Origin: the human T2T-CHM13v2.0 reference genome, Homo sapiens
Assembly (NCBI RefSeq): GCF_009914755.1
Contig: NC_060926.1
Strand: one strand, 5' to 3'
Length of the DNA: 64,000 bases
Shown: one piece after another, positions 17,445-30,885 of the stretch
How positions within the stretch are numbered: position 1 is the stretch's first letter
Layout: every line of letters begins with the position of its first letter
Notes under the pieces: model-generated
What the model was told of the DNA's origin: nothing
Database searches by the model: none
The model's input: only the letters and a program-made list of their open reading frames with translations
Translations under genes and position numbers: made by a program

Positions 17445-18574
17445 CTGAAAAATGAGAATTGTGTTTTCTCAATCTTAGAAGAAATCCCACCTCTAGATTG
17501 GTATGATGTTTCTCATTTCTGAACAGTTCACAGTCTTCTCTCTGTCTCCTTTTTAAAGAGTCTTTATGTTTACAACTATTAAATGTGCTCTTTGTGAATA
17601 AGATGGGGAAGAAAGAAAACAGTTTTGAAGTATCCGGAAGGCAAGAATTTCAAACAATGATATTTTTCAGTAGAGCTATCCTAGGAGACCATGGTGAGGA
17701 GGAGGCTGTATTTTCTTGCTGAGCTAATTACAGGAAGGTCCTGGAGTTGTTGGAACAGGGAGTTTACACTTCATCCTCCGCTGGGTCCTGCTGATGCAGG
17801 CTGCAGAGAGGGCAGCACGTTGAATTAAGAGAAGGCCAAGGGAGATGCCTTCTTTCTCTCCGTCTTGTCTTCCTTCCCGCACTTGCCTCTTCTCTCCCTA
17901 GCACTATTTTGCTAAACATGCCCCTGGGAGGCGTGTTAGGTGTATTTTTACTGTATATTATCTTTATAGCAGCCAATTGTCTCAGCTCAGAGGCATTTAC
18001 GGCGAGCACTTCTCTGCTTGTCCTGTTCAGAGAAACCTTTCAAAGAGATGACCCCTCACCCCTCTGAAGAAGCTCCCCTTGTGTGTAATTGCACCAAGGA
18101 GCAGGCATGGCCAGGCTTATTTCAGAGGATGCTTCTCTTGGTATCCAAGGACAGAGGTGGGCCTGAGGCCCTCTTTCTTCTGATTTAACAAGCACTATGG
18201 GATCTGATTAAATTGCTTTTCACATTTATTTCTATCAATGTTGTTGGACTTTCATTATCCAGGCCCTCACTTTGAAAAATTGCCTCCCTTATCTGTCAAG
18301 CTTTTATGAAACATGGGGATTTATGGAGTGTTTCAATAAAATCTTTGGATCACACTAGTGCAAAAATGTTGCCAGAAAAACATCATCAGAACTTCAGGTT
18401 TTCCCGTTCGGGGCTATTCTTCATTTGCTCAGAATAAACAACCAAATCAAGACCATAGGGCTGACCGACACATCTGGTCAGAGTAAATGCTTGTCTCCTC
18501 TGGGTTCTGTCAGCTGCTGGCTGTGTCCACACCACCGTGAGCGTGTATTTGTGTGTGGAAGTGTGTGTTACACG

Positions 18575-19190
18575 TTTGAGCAGTCCTACTGGTGGCCACT
18601 AGCTTGCCACTGTGTCTCTTGGGTCCTCTTAAGATATGGTAAGTCTAAATTGAGATGTGCTGTAAATATAAAATACACACTGGATTTCAAAGATTAAGTA
18701 TGAAAAAAACTGTATAATATCTCAATTGTTTGTATAATTGATTGCATGTTGGAATAATGTCACTTTGGATATAATGGCCTAAATAAAACATATTCTTTGA
18801 ATTAATTTTACCTGTTTCTTTTTACTTTTTTTTTTTAAACAGGGTCTTTCTGTGTCACCTAGGCTAGAGTACAGTGGTGCAATCATAGCTCACTGCAGCC
18901 TCAAACTCCTGGGCTCAAGTAATCCTCCCACCTCAGCCTCCTAAATAGCTGGGATCACAGGCGCAAGCCACCACACCAGGCGAATTTTTTAATTTTTGTA
19001 GAGATGGGGGGGTCTCATGAGGTTGCCCAGGCTGGTTTCAAACTCCTGGCCTCAAGTAATCCTCCTGTCTCGGCCTCCCATAGTGCTGGGATTACAGGTG
19101 TGAGCCACCATGTCCAGCCTTTTTTACTTTTTAATGTGATTACTAGAAAGTTTAAAATTACACATGTGGCTCATATTTCTACTGGACAGC
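18575..19190. mobile_element. MER33-like hAT element interrupted by an antisense AluJ (18826-19118)
   Basis: ttgagatgtgctgtaaatataaaatacac...aaattacacatgtggctc...tggacag. Confidence 0.8.
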
Positions 19191-19440
19191 TGGCACACCC
19201 ACTGCCTAAAACCTCAATTTTAAGAGTCTGTGCATCTGTACTTTCTCTCCAGGCACCTAACACTTAACTGTAAATATCATTTTGGGTCCAGATGAATCCA
19301 GTATGGCGTCTTACAATACTAGAAAATGTTATTTAGATGTTCTTAAATGTTTTTAAAGAGACAACAAAAGGATTATTATATAATTATTAAATAATTGCAT
19401 CCACACTACAAAAGGGGACCACGTATAGTGTACTATGTAT

Positions 19441-19978
19441 TTAGGAGATGTGTAATATATATAAACGTATAATTACAGAGGAGATGGGCTTAGTTTTAGT
19501 ATCAACTTCCCATCCCTCCTCACTAAACATCTGATGATTTAGCCAGGTAGGAGTAAACCCAGCTTCCTCTGCCCCAGTTCTCCTGTCATTGGTCTCTCCA
19601 GTGCCCACACTGTTTTTATCCCATACCATTCTGCTCTGAAATGCATGCTTCCTTATATCAGAATTTTGGACACCAATCGCAGAGCTAGCTCTCAGTCTAT
19701 CTGTCTTACTCAGTTGAAGGATTCAAAATAGAACATCTTCAACAAATTTATGTAACTATGCTTGCAACGGCATAGGCTCTAAGGAGGTTAACTTTGCCTA
19801 CCCTGCTGTCTGCAGAAGGCTTTTGTACCTTTCTTGTCTGTTCTGAGTTGCTGTGTCACAAGAAGTCTCACAGCTCATCCTGGCTTTTTTGTCTGTGTTT
19901 CACTGTGAAGTTTCACCCCCTGCCCCATGGTCCCAAACAGTTGATCAAAATGTTTAGCCAATAAAAACAGTTCTTTTC
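19441..19978 (-). pseudogene. Large exon candidate (...LHKFVEDVLF*ILQLSKTDRLR...EEGWEVDTKTKPISSVIIRLYIL)
   Basis: Over 90 stop-free codons ending at 19441, with few stops upstream in the same frame; boundaries unresolved. Confidence 0.4.
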
Positions 19979-20039
19979 CTGGAAGGGAATTTCTCCACCT
20001 CCTTATACCCATTTAAGGGGCTTCAAACCCCATACTCAC

Positions 20040-20136
20040 ATGCAAGCGGTATAGAGTCGTCCGCAATGTGCAGAAGTATGCAGAATGTGTATTTTCAAAG
20101 TTTCTTGGGTCAAACCAATAGTTGGCATAAGTGAGC
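20040..20136 (-). pseudogene. Exon: LTYANYWFDPRNFENTHSAYFCTLRTTLYRLH
   Basis: ttttattatttctaag acceptor, CAT|gtgagt donor, 97 nt, open, phase 2-0. Confidence 0.8.
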
Positions 20137-20179
20137 CTTAGAAATAATAAACCAAGAGGGAGAGGGGTAGTTACATTAA

Positions 20180-20612
<433 letters not shown>

Positions 20613-20625
20613 TAGCCCATACTAC

Positions 20626-20827
20626 CTTCTAACAGATTATGCAGCCCCTTGCAAATAATTGGTGTTTAACAAATGTATCCAATAGGTAAATAACAGAATG
20701 AAAGAAGGCATGTATATCCACTTCTTCATCATTTCACTGTTCAACTGTATTCACTATCAGTAATCCCAGTTTTGAACAGTCATCTCTAGCACTGGTTTTC
20801 TGATGCTCCAAGAATTCTCCAGTCATC
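20626..20827 (-). pseudogene. Exon: MTGEFLEHQKTSARDDCSKLGLLIVNTVEQ*NDEEVDIHAFFHSVIYLLDTFVKHQLF...
   Basis: ttctgacatttcttag acceptor; probable AAG|gtagta donor, which needs a frameshift to join the next exon. Confidence 0.55.
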
Positions 20828-21001
20828 CTAAGAAATGTCAGAAAGTCCTTCAAATTTAAGCTTCATTCATTTCAATAAAAATAAACGCAGATGGTACAAT
20901 TTATAGAAAGGGGGGCGTATTGCAACATTATGCCTATATATTAATAGCATAGGTAGCTATATCAGTTTCTTAAGCCTGGGCTCAGCATATTACATTTATA
21001 C

Positions 21002-21103
21002 TTTTGGGAAATCACAATTTATATTTCTTGGTGTAAGCTTTGCCTCAACATCGTCTGATTTTCGAAAGCAGCAAACAAACCAATTCTTAATTCTAAATGT
21101 CTT
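21002..21103 (-). pseudogene. Exon: RHLELRIGLFAAFENQTMLRQSLHQEI*IVISQ
   Basis: ccatatttgccccag acceptor, weak AAA|gtataa donor, 102 nt, phase 2-2. Confidence 0.6.
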
Positions 21104-21221
21104 CTGGGGCAAATATGGTAAAAGGCAAACATTCCAAAAATTTATTTTAGAGGCATTTCAAAATACGAAATGCCTAGTGTCCTCGTAGTTTCTGTTGCAC
21201 ACGAGCAACAAAGCTGAGGAA

Positions 21222-21368
<147 letters not shown>

Positions 21369-21815
21369 TTAATTATAATTAAATAACAACAGTGGAATGG
21401 GAGAATCCTTGGGAAAGCAGGGGTGTATTGGTCAAAGCTATTACTAGAGGAAACTCTCACATTAACCCCTAGATTCCCTAAGACATTTCTCTATGTTTGT
21501 CCTTAAGCCAACCATCATTCCATGTCAGAGCTCGCCTCAGATGGGCATGGGGCGTCCCTTCCCCTGTTGAGTCTCCTCACCTACCTCTTCTCCTGGTCCA
21601 AATTTACAGACAGCAGAACTCTGCCAGGGTGAGGCCTTTCTCTGGAGGGTGAGGGCGCTGTGGTCCATCTTTGCTGTGAGTGGACCCCAGTATCCTCCAG
21701 GTACTGGATCTCCAGGCCTCAGGCTGGTACACCTCATCTGTCTGCACAAATCCCCTCCAGCAACATCTGCACTTCCAAGGTTTGTTGTGTTCAGACTCCC
21801 CTGCCCAAGAGAGGG

Positions 21816-22300
21816 TGTGAGAGGGCGAAACACTCGGGCAAGAGAGACGAAAATGACATTTTGCCAAAGCAGGAGCATGCAGGATGGTTCTCCCTTTTTC
21901 TTGCTTGTAGTTCTCGCAAATAACTGGAATGTGCCAGGCCTGCAGCATCCTGAGAGAGAGGAATGGCCTGGACAGCTGGGGTTCTGCCCCAGTCCCCCAT
22001 AGAAACAGAACATCCAGCTTATCATGTTCCTCCCGGGTTATAAAGGCAGGGCAGACTGCTTTTCAGGCATCCTCAGCTGGAGCGCAAGTGGAGCCCTTTC
22101 AGACCAGACTTTCTCTGCTCCAGCAGCTTTCTCGAGCCTTGGGAGACTGGAGACTGGCTGGTGATGAGTCCTAGGCTTTGTTGTCCCTGACTGCCTGTCT
22201 GTAAGTAATAAACCTGCTTCATGTCACTTGCTGCATATGAGTATGCTGTCTCACCAGAATCAGACAGGTTGGAAACCAGTGCTCAGCGAACCTGCTTCCT
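21816..22300 (+). mobile_element. ERVL-type solo LTR (possibly LTR32-like)
   Basis: TG start, TATAAA ~22039, AATAAA 22207, U5-like end gaacctgcttc. Confidence 0.7.
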
Positions 22301-22919
22301 AGGCTGCTGCTCTATAAACAGGGGTAAGGACTCCATTCGTCAGGGGCGTGAGCCATTTCTCCGGCTTGAAGTCTGAAAAGCATGTCCCTCTCCCACCCCC
22401 TCCCCCATCAAGTTCCCTTTCTGAGCATCATCCATCTGCCTGGCACCGGCTCACAGGCCCCACCACCCCACTGCCAGCGCAGTCCAGAGGGCACCAGGGG
22501 CATTGTCTTTCCAGGCTCTGGGGCCAGTTCAAGGGAATCCTGCCATCACCAAGAGACCAGGTGCTGCATCTTTCAGGGTTATGGGGCTGAGGCGGAGGCC
22601 ACTGTACTACCTGGGCGGCTCTGCAAGGCGTGTTCATGGTGTGGGGTCTCAGCATGCCCAGCCTGGCACATCCATCTATGTGCCATGCTCCAAGTCAGTC
22701 CCTGCTCCCATTACAGTCTGGGGCAAGAGGCAGGGTTGCCAGGGTAAAAACCCCTTCCCTCGTTAACAGACCTCCCTGGAGCCCCTGCTTTTCACAGAGA
22801 CAATCTGGCATCAGACGTGGTCTATGCAAGAGGAGCTTCAAAAGGAAAGAGGTGCCCATCCCTGCTCTCCCCAGGGCATCCTGGGCTCCTATACAGATTT
22901 GCCTGCTCCTTGATAACAT

Positions 22920-23920
<1,001 letters not shown>

Positions 23921-23929
23921 TTTTTCTTT

Positions 23930-24248
23930 TCTTTTTTTTTTTTTTTTGAGACAGTCTCACTCTGTCACCCAGGCTGGAATGAAGTGGCACAATCTCGGCT
24001 CATTGCAACTTCCGCCTCCAGAATTCAAGCGATTCTTCTGCCTCAGCCTCTCGAGTAGCAGGACTACAGGTGCATGCCACCGTGTCCGGCTAATTTTCTT
24101 TTCTTTTCTTTTCTTTTCTTTTTTGTATTTTAGTAGAGACAGGGTTTCACCATATTGGCCAGGCTGGTCTTGAACTGCTGACCTAGCGATCCATCTGCCT
24201 CGACCTCCCAAAGTGCTGGGATTAAAGGCGTGAGCCACCACGCCCAGC
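23930..24248 (-). mobile_element. AluS
   Basis: Antisense Alu dimer. Confidence 0.95.
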
Positions 24249-24267
24249 GGCCTTTTCATTTTCTTAC

Positions 24268-24686
24268 AAGTCTTCCTGGTATCTGTCGTAATGTCTTTTC
24301 AGGAATCCTTGTGACAGCTCTAACATTTTTTTTTTTTTTTTTTGAGATGAGTCTCACTCTGTCACCTAGGCTGGAGTGCAGTGGCGCGATCTTGGCTCAC
24401 TGCAACCTCTGCCTCCTGGGTTCAAGCAATTCTCTGCTTCAGCCTCCCGAGTAGCTGGGATTACAGGTACCCACCAGCACGCCCAGCTAATTTTCGCATT
24501 TTTAGTAAAGACAGGGTTTCACCATCTTGGCCAGGCTGGTCTTGAACTCCTGATCTCGTGATCCACCCGCCTCAGCCTCCCAAAGTGCTGGGATTACAGG
24601 CGTGAGCCACTGAGCCCAGCCAACAGCTCTAGTATTATCTGTTATGATTATTTTGCTGTTGCTCAGAATTTACTCAATGGTGGCAC
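24268..24686 (-). pseudogene. Exon split by an Alu: [33 protein letters not shown]
   Basis: cccctgttttaag acceptor, CTT|gtaaga donor; 110 nt after removing the Alu and one TSD copy; phase 0-2. Confidence 0.65.
24328..24621 (-). mobile_element. AluSg-like, inserted in a pseudogene exon
   Basis: TSD core acagctcta at 24314-24322 and 24623-24631. Confidence 0.95.
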
Positions 24687-24735
24687 CTTAAAACAGGGGC
24701 TTTGGGTTCTATTCTGTTTTTAGGGGGTGGGGGAA

Positions 24736-25033
24736 GACAGGGTCTTGCTCTGGGTCTTGTTCTCTTCACCCAGGCTGGAGTGCAGTGGTGCAATGTCATA
24801 GCTCACTGTGATCTTGAACTCCTGAGCCAAAGTGGTCCTCCTGCCTCAGCCTGTGGAGTAACTAGGTCTAGAGATGCAGGCCACCATGCCTCACTAACTT
24901 TTGAATTTTTTTGTAGAGACGGGAGTCTCATTATGCTGCTTAGGCTAGATTCGAAGTTCTGGCATTAAGTGTTCCTCCCGTCTCGGCCTCCCAAAGTGCT
25001 GGGATTACAGGCATGAACCACCACACCTGGCCA
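24736..25033 (-). mobile_element. AluJ
   Basis: Diverged antisense Alu. Confidence 0.9.
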
Positions 25034-25063
25034 GCTTATAGTCTTTAGATCTCTTCTTCCCAC

Positions 25064-25171
25064 CCTATGGGCAGAACTCAAAGCATCCTCCTGATTGACA
25101 GCATTTGTTGATTGATGGATTGGCTCTTCTACTACCTCTGCAGCCAAATTAACTGTTCTTTCCTCTGTTTC
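25064..25171 (-). pseudogene. Exon: ETEERTVNLAAEVVEEPIHQSTNAVNQEDALSSAHR
   Basis: cttataatccaatag acceptor, AGG|gtggga donor, 108 nt, open, phase 0-0. Confidence 0.65.
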
Positions 25172-25449
25172 CTATTGGATTATAAGATGGCTTTTCGAGG
25201 ATTTAGGATTAAGTACAGTCTTCTAAAGATAATTGGTTCTCAGAAGTTGATGTCAGTTCTTTTGGTAAGTTCTTTGATGTAAGCCCCATAAGAGTGAAGG
25301 TGTGGTTCAACACTGGTCTCCTGCACTCTGTGCTGAGCACAGTGCCTGACACACAGTAGGTACCTGTGAGATAGCCCTTGGAAGCACTGAGTGAATATGC
25401 TGTAGGAACAGTTGTACATGGTCCTCCCAAGACCAAAGTGAAGGCTCAC

Positions 25450-25516
25450 AGTCAAGCTGTAACATGGTTAACAGAGTTCAATATTATTCCTGAAGTTGCT
25501 GGTAGGAGGCAGGTGC
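25450..25516 (-). pseudogene. Exon: HLPPTSNFRNNIELC*PCYSLT
   Basis: ttttctgtctctcccag acceptor, ACT|gtgagc donor, 67 nt, phase 2-0. Confidence 0.7.
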
Positions 25517-26034
25517 CTGGGAGAGACAGAAAATTGCAATGTTCCTGTTTTTCAGTCTCTTGGGTTTAATCTATCTCTCATCTTTGATTAGAAATCAAGC
25601 ATTTCCTCATGTGTCTTTGATATTACCCAGTTATCTTTTGAAATGAGTTTTTGAATACCTAGGGTTTCTGGGGTTTTAGGCAAGAAATTTGCAGATGTTC
25701 ATTTCTGATCCTACAATATTCACTTGAGAATGTCATTATGCATAATAAGATCTAATTAGTCCTCTTAATCTTCAGTGTCCCCCATAAATCCACGGCTTTC
25801 ATACTTTAAACTGAAGCCATTTATTTTTCAAGAAAGGGGTCATAGTGTTAAGTTGATCTATGGTCTATTTGAATTATGTAAAGAGAAACTGGATTTTCAT
25901 ATTTCCAGTGATGTAAATGACAATGTGATATCTCAGATTATTTCCAATGGGTCTTAGTGACGGATGACAGCTCTGTCCTTGACTCTGACATTTACGGCAG
26001 GTAGGATTATTGTCATCTAATAAATATGATGTAC

Positions 26035-26171
26035 CTGAGAGCAGCGAGCAGATTGCGGAGTCGAAGGGCAAAGCCATCTTCAGATTTCTATAGTGTCTCT
26101 CTGTCTTTCTCATGGAACTCTGTGGAGAGTCACTTACAGTAGTGGGGCTTGGGCCATTTGTGGCCAGTAAA
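26035..26171 (-). pseudogene. Exon: FTGHKWPKPHYCK*LSTEFHEKDRETL*KSEDGFALRLRNLLAAL (MUN-like helix)
   Basis: ctactccttccacag acceptor, CAG|gtacat donor, 137 nt, phase 0-2. Confidence 0.75.
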
Positions 26172-27146
26172 CTGTGGAAGGAGTAGAGATAACATCAAAC
26201 CTTGGTCTTTCTGAGCCTCCGATTAGCTGTGTTCTGTTTCTAAGTAGAATGCATCTGACGGTGGGGAGAGGTGCAGGCTGAGGGGCCTGGCTCTGCAGGA
26301 TGAGCAAAGCACCCCACCTCTTCCTTCGCCCCGCCCCGGGACAAAGAAGAGACACCTGCCTCACTGAGTGCCAGCTTGCGGTGGTTACTCATCTCTGTGT
26401 GTTTTCTCCTGCCTGGGTCTGCCTGGCTGGCTCCTGGTTTGGCCCCAGCATGGTTCCACTTCTAACCAGGAGGGAGATGAAAACGATCAGCTCAGTAGTC
26501 GCTCATTATGCTGATTAAGCGCTTATGTGGCAAGGAGGGGCCTTTGCGGCTGCGGAGGGGCAGGAGCAGAATCTATCCTGCCCACATTTACAGTTTGCAG
26601 GTCTCACAGGAACAGGGGTCACTGGGAGTTGCCACAGCTCACCTGTGTGCTGGCAGTGGAAGCCACGAGGTCCATCCTGCCAGTGATGCCCGTGGGCTCG
26701 CACTGTCCCTGGCAGGTGGGGACGGTCACAGAAAACCCCATCTGCATGCAGGTTGAGCAGCTTTCTGCTCCAGCCCCTTCTCTCTCAGTGTGACAAATGA
26801 CCCCAATTATCCTCAGGTCAGTCATTTAGCTGCAGTGTGGAGAGGGTACTGACTTCCCAGCCAGCTACGCCTGGACTGGAGGCATCCAATGGGACTAGGG
26901 TCTTAAAAGCCCCACATTCTTATTATAGCTTCTGCCAAGGTCCCTGGCTGCCAGGCCCTGTCACAGCGCCATGAGCTTACCCCTAAAACGATGCGGGCAG
27001 CCCTTAGGAAAAGGCTCTTGGCTCTCCTTCCTGAGATATTTATAGACTCCTTGACTGCAAAGAGGCGATTATGCAGCGGCCTGAGGGATTTGCACAAATG
27101 TGGCGCCTGCTTAAAGATTTAGTCCCAAGCTCATCCAAAGCCTCAC

Positions 27147-27228
27147 CTCCCCATTTTTGTGATGCAATTCATTAAACAATGACAATTCTGCTGCCACTCT
27201 GCAGCTGACTTGTCAGTAAGGAAACGTC
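27147..27228 (-). pseudogene. Exon: TFPY*QVSCRVAAELSLFNELHHKNGE
   Basis: ctcccaactccttacag acceptor, GAG|gtgagg donor, 82 nt, phase 2-0. Confidence 0.7.
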
Positions 27229-27857
27229 CTGTAAGGAGTTGGGAGCAACCATTTTTATAGACTGGGAATTATGATAAACAGGCCTCTGAAGAGTCAGAAG
27301 AGTGGAATTGATTGGGGTGCTGAGAGGAGACGGGCAGAGAGTAGAGTTGGTCTCCAAGGCAGGGCTCTGGGAGCTAGAAGGGGAACCCCACAGGAGGCTA
27401 ATGGGGGCAGTGAGTTGGGGAGGGGGCCTGGGAAAGCAGGATCTTGTGTGGGGTCCCTTTCGCCTCTGCTGATAGCACAGTTCACATGGACAGTGAGGAG
27501 GCAGAAGCCACTCACACAAGTGAAGTGGCGGGGAGACAGGACACAGTGGCCTGTGCACAGCCAGAGATATGGGGCATAGTGGCCATGGAGAGAAGATCGA
27601 GAGGAGATGGACAGCTGGGATAGGCTGACCTGCCACCTCCGGGCCTTATCGTTCCAAAGCGGGGGTGGGGAAGGGGAGTTAGGGGACCCTCCTCCACAGC
27701 TTGGACCTGCTGGCAGGTCCAGTCAGGGTGTAGTTCAGGAAACAGAGGCCCCTCTACTGTGCCAGGGAACCAGGAGTCCACAACATCATGGGGTGGCCTA
27801 GAGAATGTCAATCTAGTTATCCGCCTAAACTATCAGTGTCAAGGTCACACAGCATGG

Positions 27858-28327
<470 letters not shown>

Positions 28328-28702
28328 CTAAACACAGCAGATCCTGGGATGCAGTCAGGCCCCATGCCCTGCAGTGTAGGGAAGGGGTTTTGGTGGGTGG
28401 GGGGGATGTGGCAGACAAGAGCCACTGTGCCCAGGAGGATAATGGGGTGGGTAGCATTCTGCTGCCTCACAGGCCTGAGTGTGGTTGTCGTATCCTAACC
28501 CTGGCTGTTAGGACTGGCCAGGGCCCCTTGAGCTCCCAGATTCTCCTTCCCAGACCTGCTCCTTGACTTCTAGAGTACCCTCAGCTCACAAGAACCTGAC
28601 TTCCAACCTGGACTTAGACATTTTGACAATGTGTCTTTTTGAGGCATGTGGAGTAAATCCTTAGGATACTTTGCAGTTACAGCTGATTGAAAATGGAGAA
28701 TT

Positions 28703-28781
28703 TTGCAGTGAGCCAAGATCGCGCCACTGCACTCCAGCCTGGGCGACAGAGCAAGACTCTATCTCAAAAAAGAAAAAGAAA
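28703..28781 (+). mobile_element. 5'-truncated Alu (3' end only)
   Basis: Right-arm end plus tail, flanked by TSD atggagaattt. Confidence 0.9.
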
Positions 28782-28810
28782 GAATATGGAGAATTTAATA
28801 ATACACATAC

Positions 28811-28941
28811 TTAGAAACTGAAAGTGCAGCAACATAAGGAAATGAGCTGTTGGTAACCGAATACAGGTGTCTCCTGGACTCGATCTCCTGGAGTCCTTTG
28901 TCTGCTCCAGGTTGGGCTGGTTACATGTTGCATGAATGTGC
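28811..28941 (-). pseudogene. Exon: AHSCNM*PAQPGADKGLQEIESRRHLYSVTNSSFPYVAALSVS
   Basis: ttttttgcttgttccaaag acceptor, TAA|gtatgt donor, 131 nt, phase 0-2. Confidence 0.7.
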
Positions 28942-29055
28942 CTTTGGAACAAGCAAAAAACAGAGCTGAATGTTGATAGAACTTCCATGGCCACACCCAG
29001 GTCCCCCCATTTTACTAAACTGGGGAGGGGAGAGAATCAGGACCATCATACTTGC

Positions 29056-29150
29056 CTTTTCTCTCCACTTCCCACCCTTGCTTTTGTCTCTCTATAGCGT
29101 TTTAAGAACCTTGTGAATAGATAATACTCAATTTTCTAAATTATGAAGAT
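29056..29150 (-). pseudogene. Exon: LHNLEN*VLSIHKVLKTL*RDKSKGGKWREK (alternative frame KIEYYLFTRFLKRYRETK)
   Basis: ctaactttactag acceptor, AAG|gcaagt donor (GC-type or mutated GT), 95 nt. Confidence 0.6.
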
Positions 29151-30154
29151 CTAGTAAAGTTAGCTTTGGTGCTGAAAACCACTGCAGTTAAACTCTTCTC
29201 TTGAGTCAAGATGGCTCTCCCGAGGCAGCTTCACTGAGTAGGTGTGCAGAGGCCAAGGGCCAGACACCAGCTCCAGGATGATCCATTTGCCACCCTGGGC
29301 CTCAGTTTCCCATGTGTCTGTAGATTATGGTTTTCCTGTTGGGTCTTTAACTACCTTCTCACATTTTGTGATTTTCTCTGAGATTATAATTTATTTATAA
29401 ATGTTATATGTGTCATATATATAACATATATGTCTTCATAGTTAATTTACATGCTTATTATAGAAAATTTAGAAAAAGTCAAAAGAAAAATTAGGAGATT
29501 ACTCATAGTCCAGCACCCTAAGGAAGCAGGTATTAATATTTTTAGGTTACAGGACATCCTTCTAGTAAGCGCTTCAAACTTGCTCCATTTCTATGAAGAA
29601 CTAGATATGAAGAAACCTATTTGTCCTCTACTTGAATAATAGTGGTTTCATAGTGTCCTCTGTTAATAGAAGGTCTATAGGATGTAAAGTTTGTAGGTCA
29701 GAGAAGGCTGTCCTTCTCAGTCACTTACTGTTGTCCAAGGAAAACCCTGGGAGCTGTGCAATGTAAGTTGATTCTTGGTGAGAGTGTGTGTACTTATGCA
29801 CACAAACACCTATGCACACAGATTCCCAAGCTTAGGCTGAATGCCCTCTTGAAGCAACATTTCTGGGAAATTTTAGGTAAGTGTAAAAATATATGTTAAG
29901 GAAAAGCCAAGAGGCTCATTCAGCACAGGGATGGTTTCCTTGACATCATTTGTCATTGCTGATTTTCCTTCCTTTGGAGTCATCTTGCTCATCTCTTTGG
30001 GTCTGTGTGTGCTTTCTTGGTGGGTTTGCAAGCAGCCTGTGTGCATGGCAAGCCCTCAGGGCCCCTGGACTTGGAAGACTTCAGGGAAAGAACAGGGAGA
30101 CACTGAGGTTTCCTACTAGCCTACCCAATGAAACCATTCATCATGCACACTCAC

Positions 30155-30262
30155 TATATTTCAAACACTAGTTGATATTGTCATGGCTAATAAATGCAAT
30201 AATACGTGCAATAATAGAAAAATATTCCTCAGTTCATAGTAGCCTTGGATGTTGTGAATTTT
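30155..30262 (-). pseudogene. Exon: NSQHPRLL*TEEYFSIIARIIAFISHDNIN*CLKY
   Basis: aatcttttgtag acceptor, ATA|gtgagt donor, 108 nt, phase 1-1. Confidence 0.65.
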
Positions 30263-30343
30263 CTACAAAAGATTATGGGAGAGTGTACAATTTTGGACAT
30301 TAAAAAGTAGTCAATCCGTATTATCAGAATGTGGGGCACTGAC

Positions 30344-30885
30344 CTCATTTTCAAGCCTTGCATTTAAGGTCTGGTGGGCCCGTGGACTTGTTTCCCTTTG
30401 GTTGATTCAAGCAGAGGTGATGCCCATCCAGTGTGGGATGCGACTGGAGCCATGCATGCATTCCCAGCAGTGGGGGTCAGCTGACCGTGTGGCTGTCAGA
30501 GTGGATGTCTTGTCCCTGAGCCTACCCCTCCCTCATTAGGGTCCCAAATGTCCAGCCCTCCTGTCATCCTCACAGACCCTCCAGCCCCGAAAGTCTGGTT
30601 TCCTGGCTTGCAGGGGAGGGAGGCAGAATGGCTGGGCAGGGCCAGGCAGGCAGGCTTGTCCCTTCTCAATCTGTTTCTCTCCCTCTCCCAGAGGGACAAG
30701 CAAAACCTTTCACTTTGGAAAAGTTATCAGGCAAGGAAAATATATTTTCAGATCTTGTTCTCCACCCCTGACTTCCCTCCTCTGAGAGTCTAAAGTGCAG
30801 GTGAGATAAGGAAACATGTTACTCTTCCTACCAGTTGGAGACACAGCTTTAAGCCAAGGGCAGTCATTTGTAATAGTTGAATTTC
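30344..30885 (-). pseudogene. C2-domain-like exon(s): NSTITNDCPWLKAVSPTGRKSNMFPYLTCTLDSQRRE...RFCLSLWERERNRLRRDK
   Basis: ccctctgtcgctgatgcag acceptor at 30885, GAG|gtcagt donor at 30344; either one frameshifted exon or two exons (30714-30885, 30344-30492). Confidence 0.5.

Noticed and set aside
21151-21175. Hairpin aggcatttc-N7-gaaatgcct
   Set aside because: A 9-bp stem is plausible by chance in 64 kb; no RNA-gene context.
21537-22174. Cluster of ORFs up to 162 aa
   Set aside because: Largely overlaps a solo LTR and is open on both strands.
26643-26708. 66-nt minus-strand block with AG/GT ends (GQCEPTGITGRMDLVASTASTQ)
   Set aside because: Phase-neutral, so it cannot be tested by frame; no motif support; neighbouring exons join well without it.
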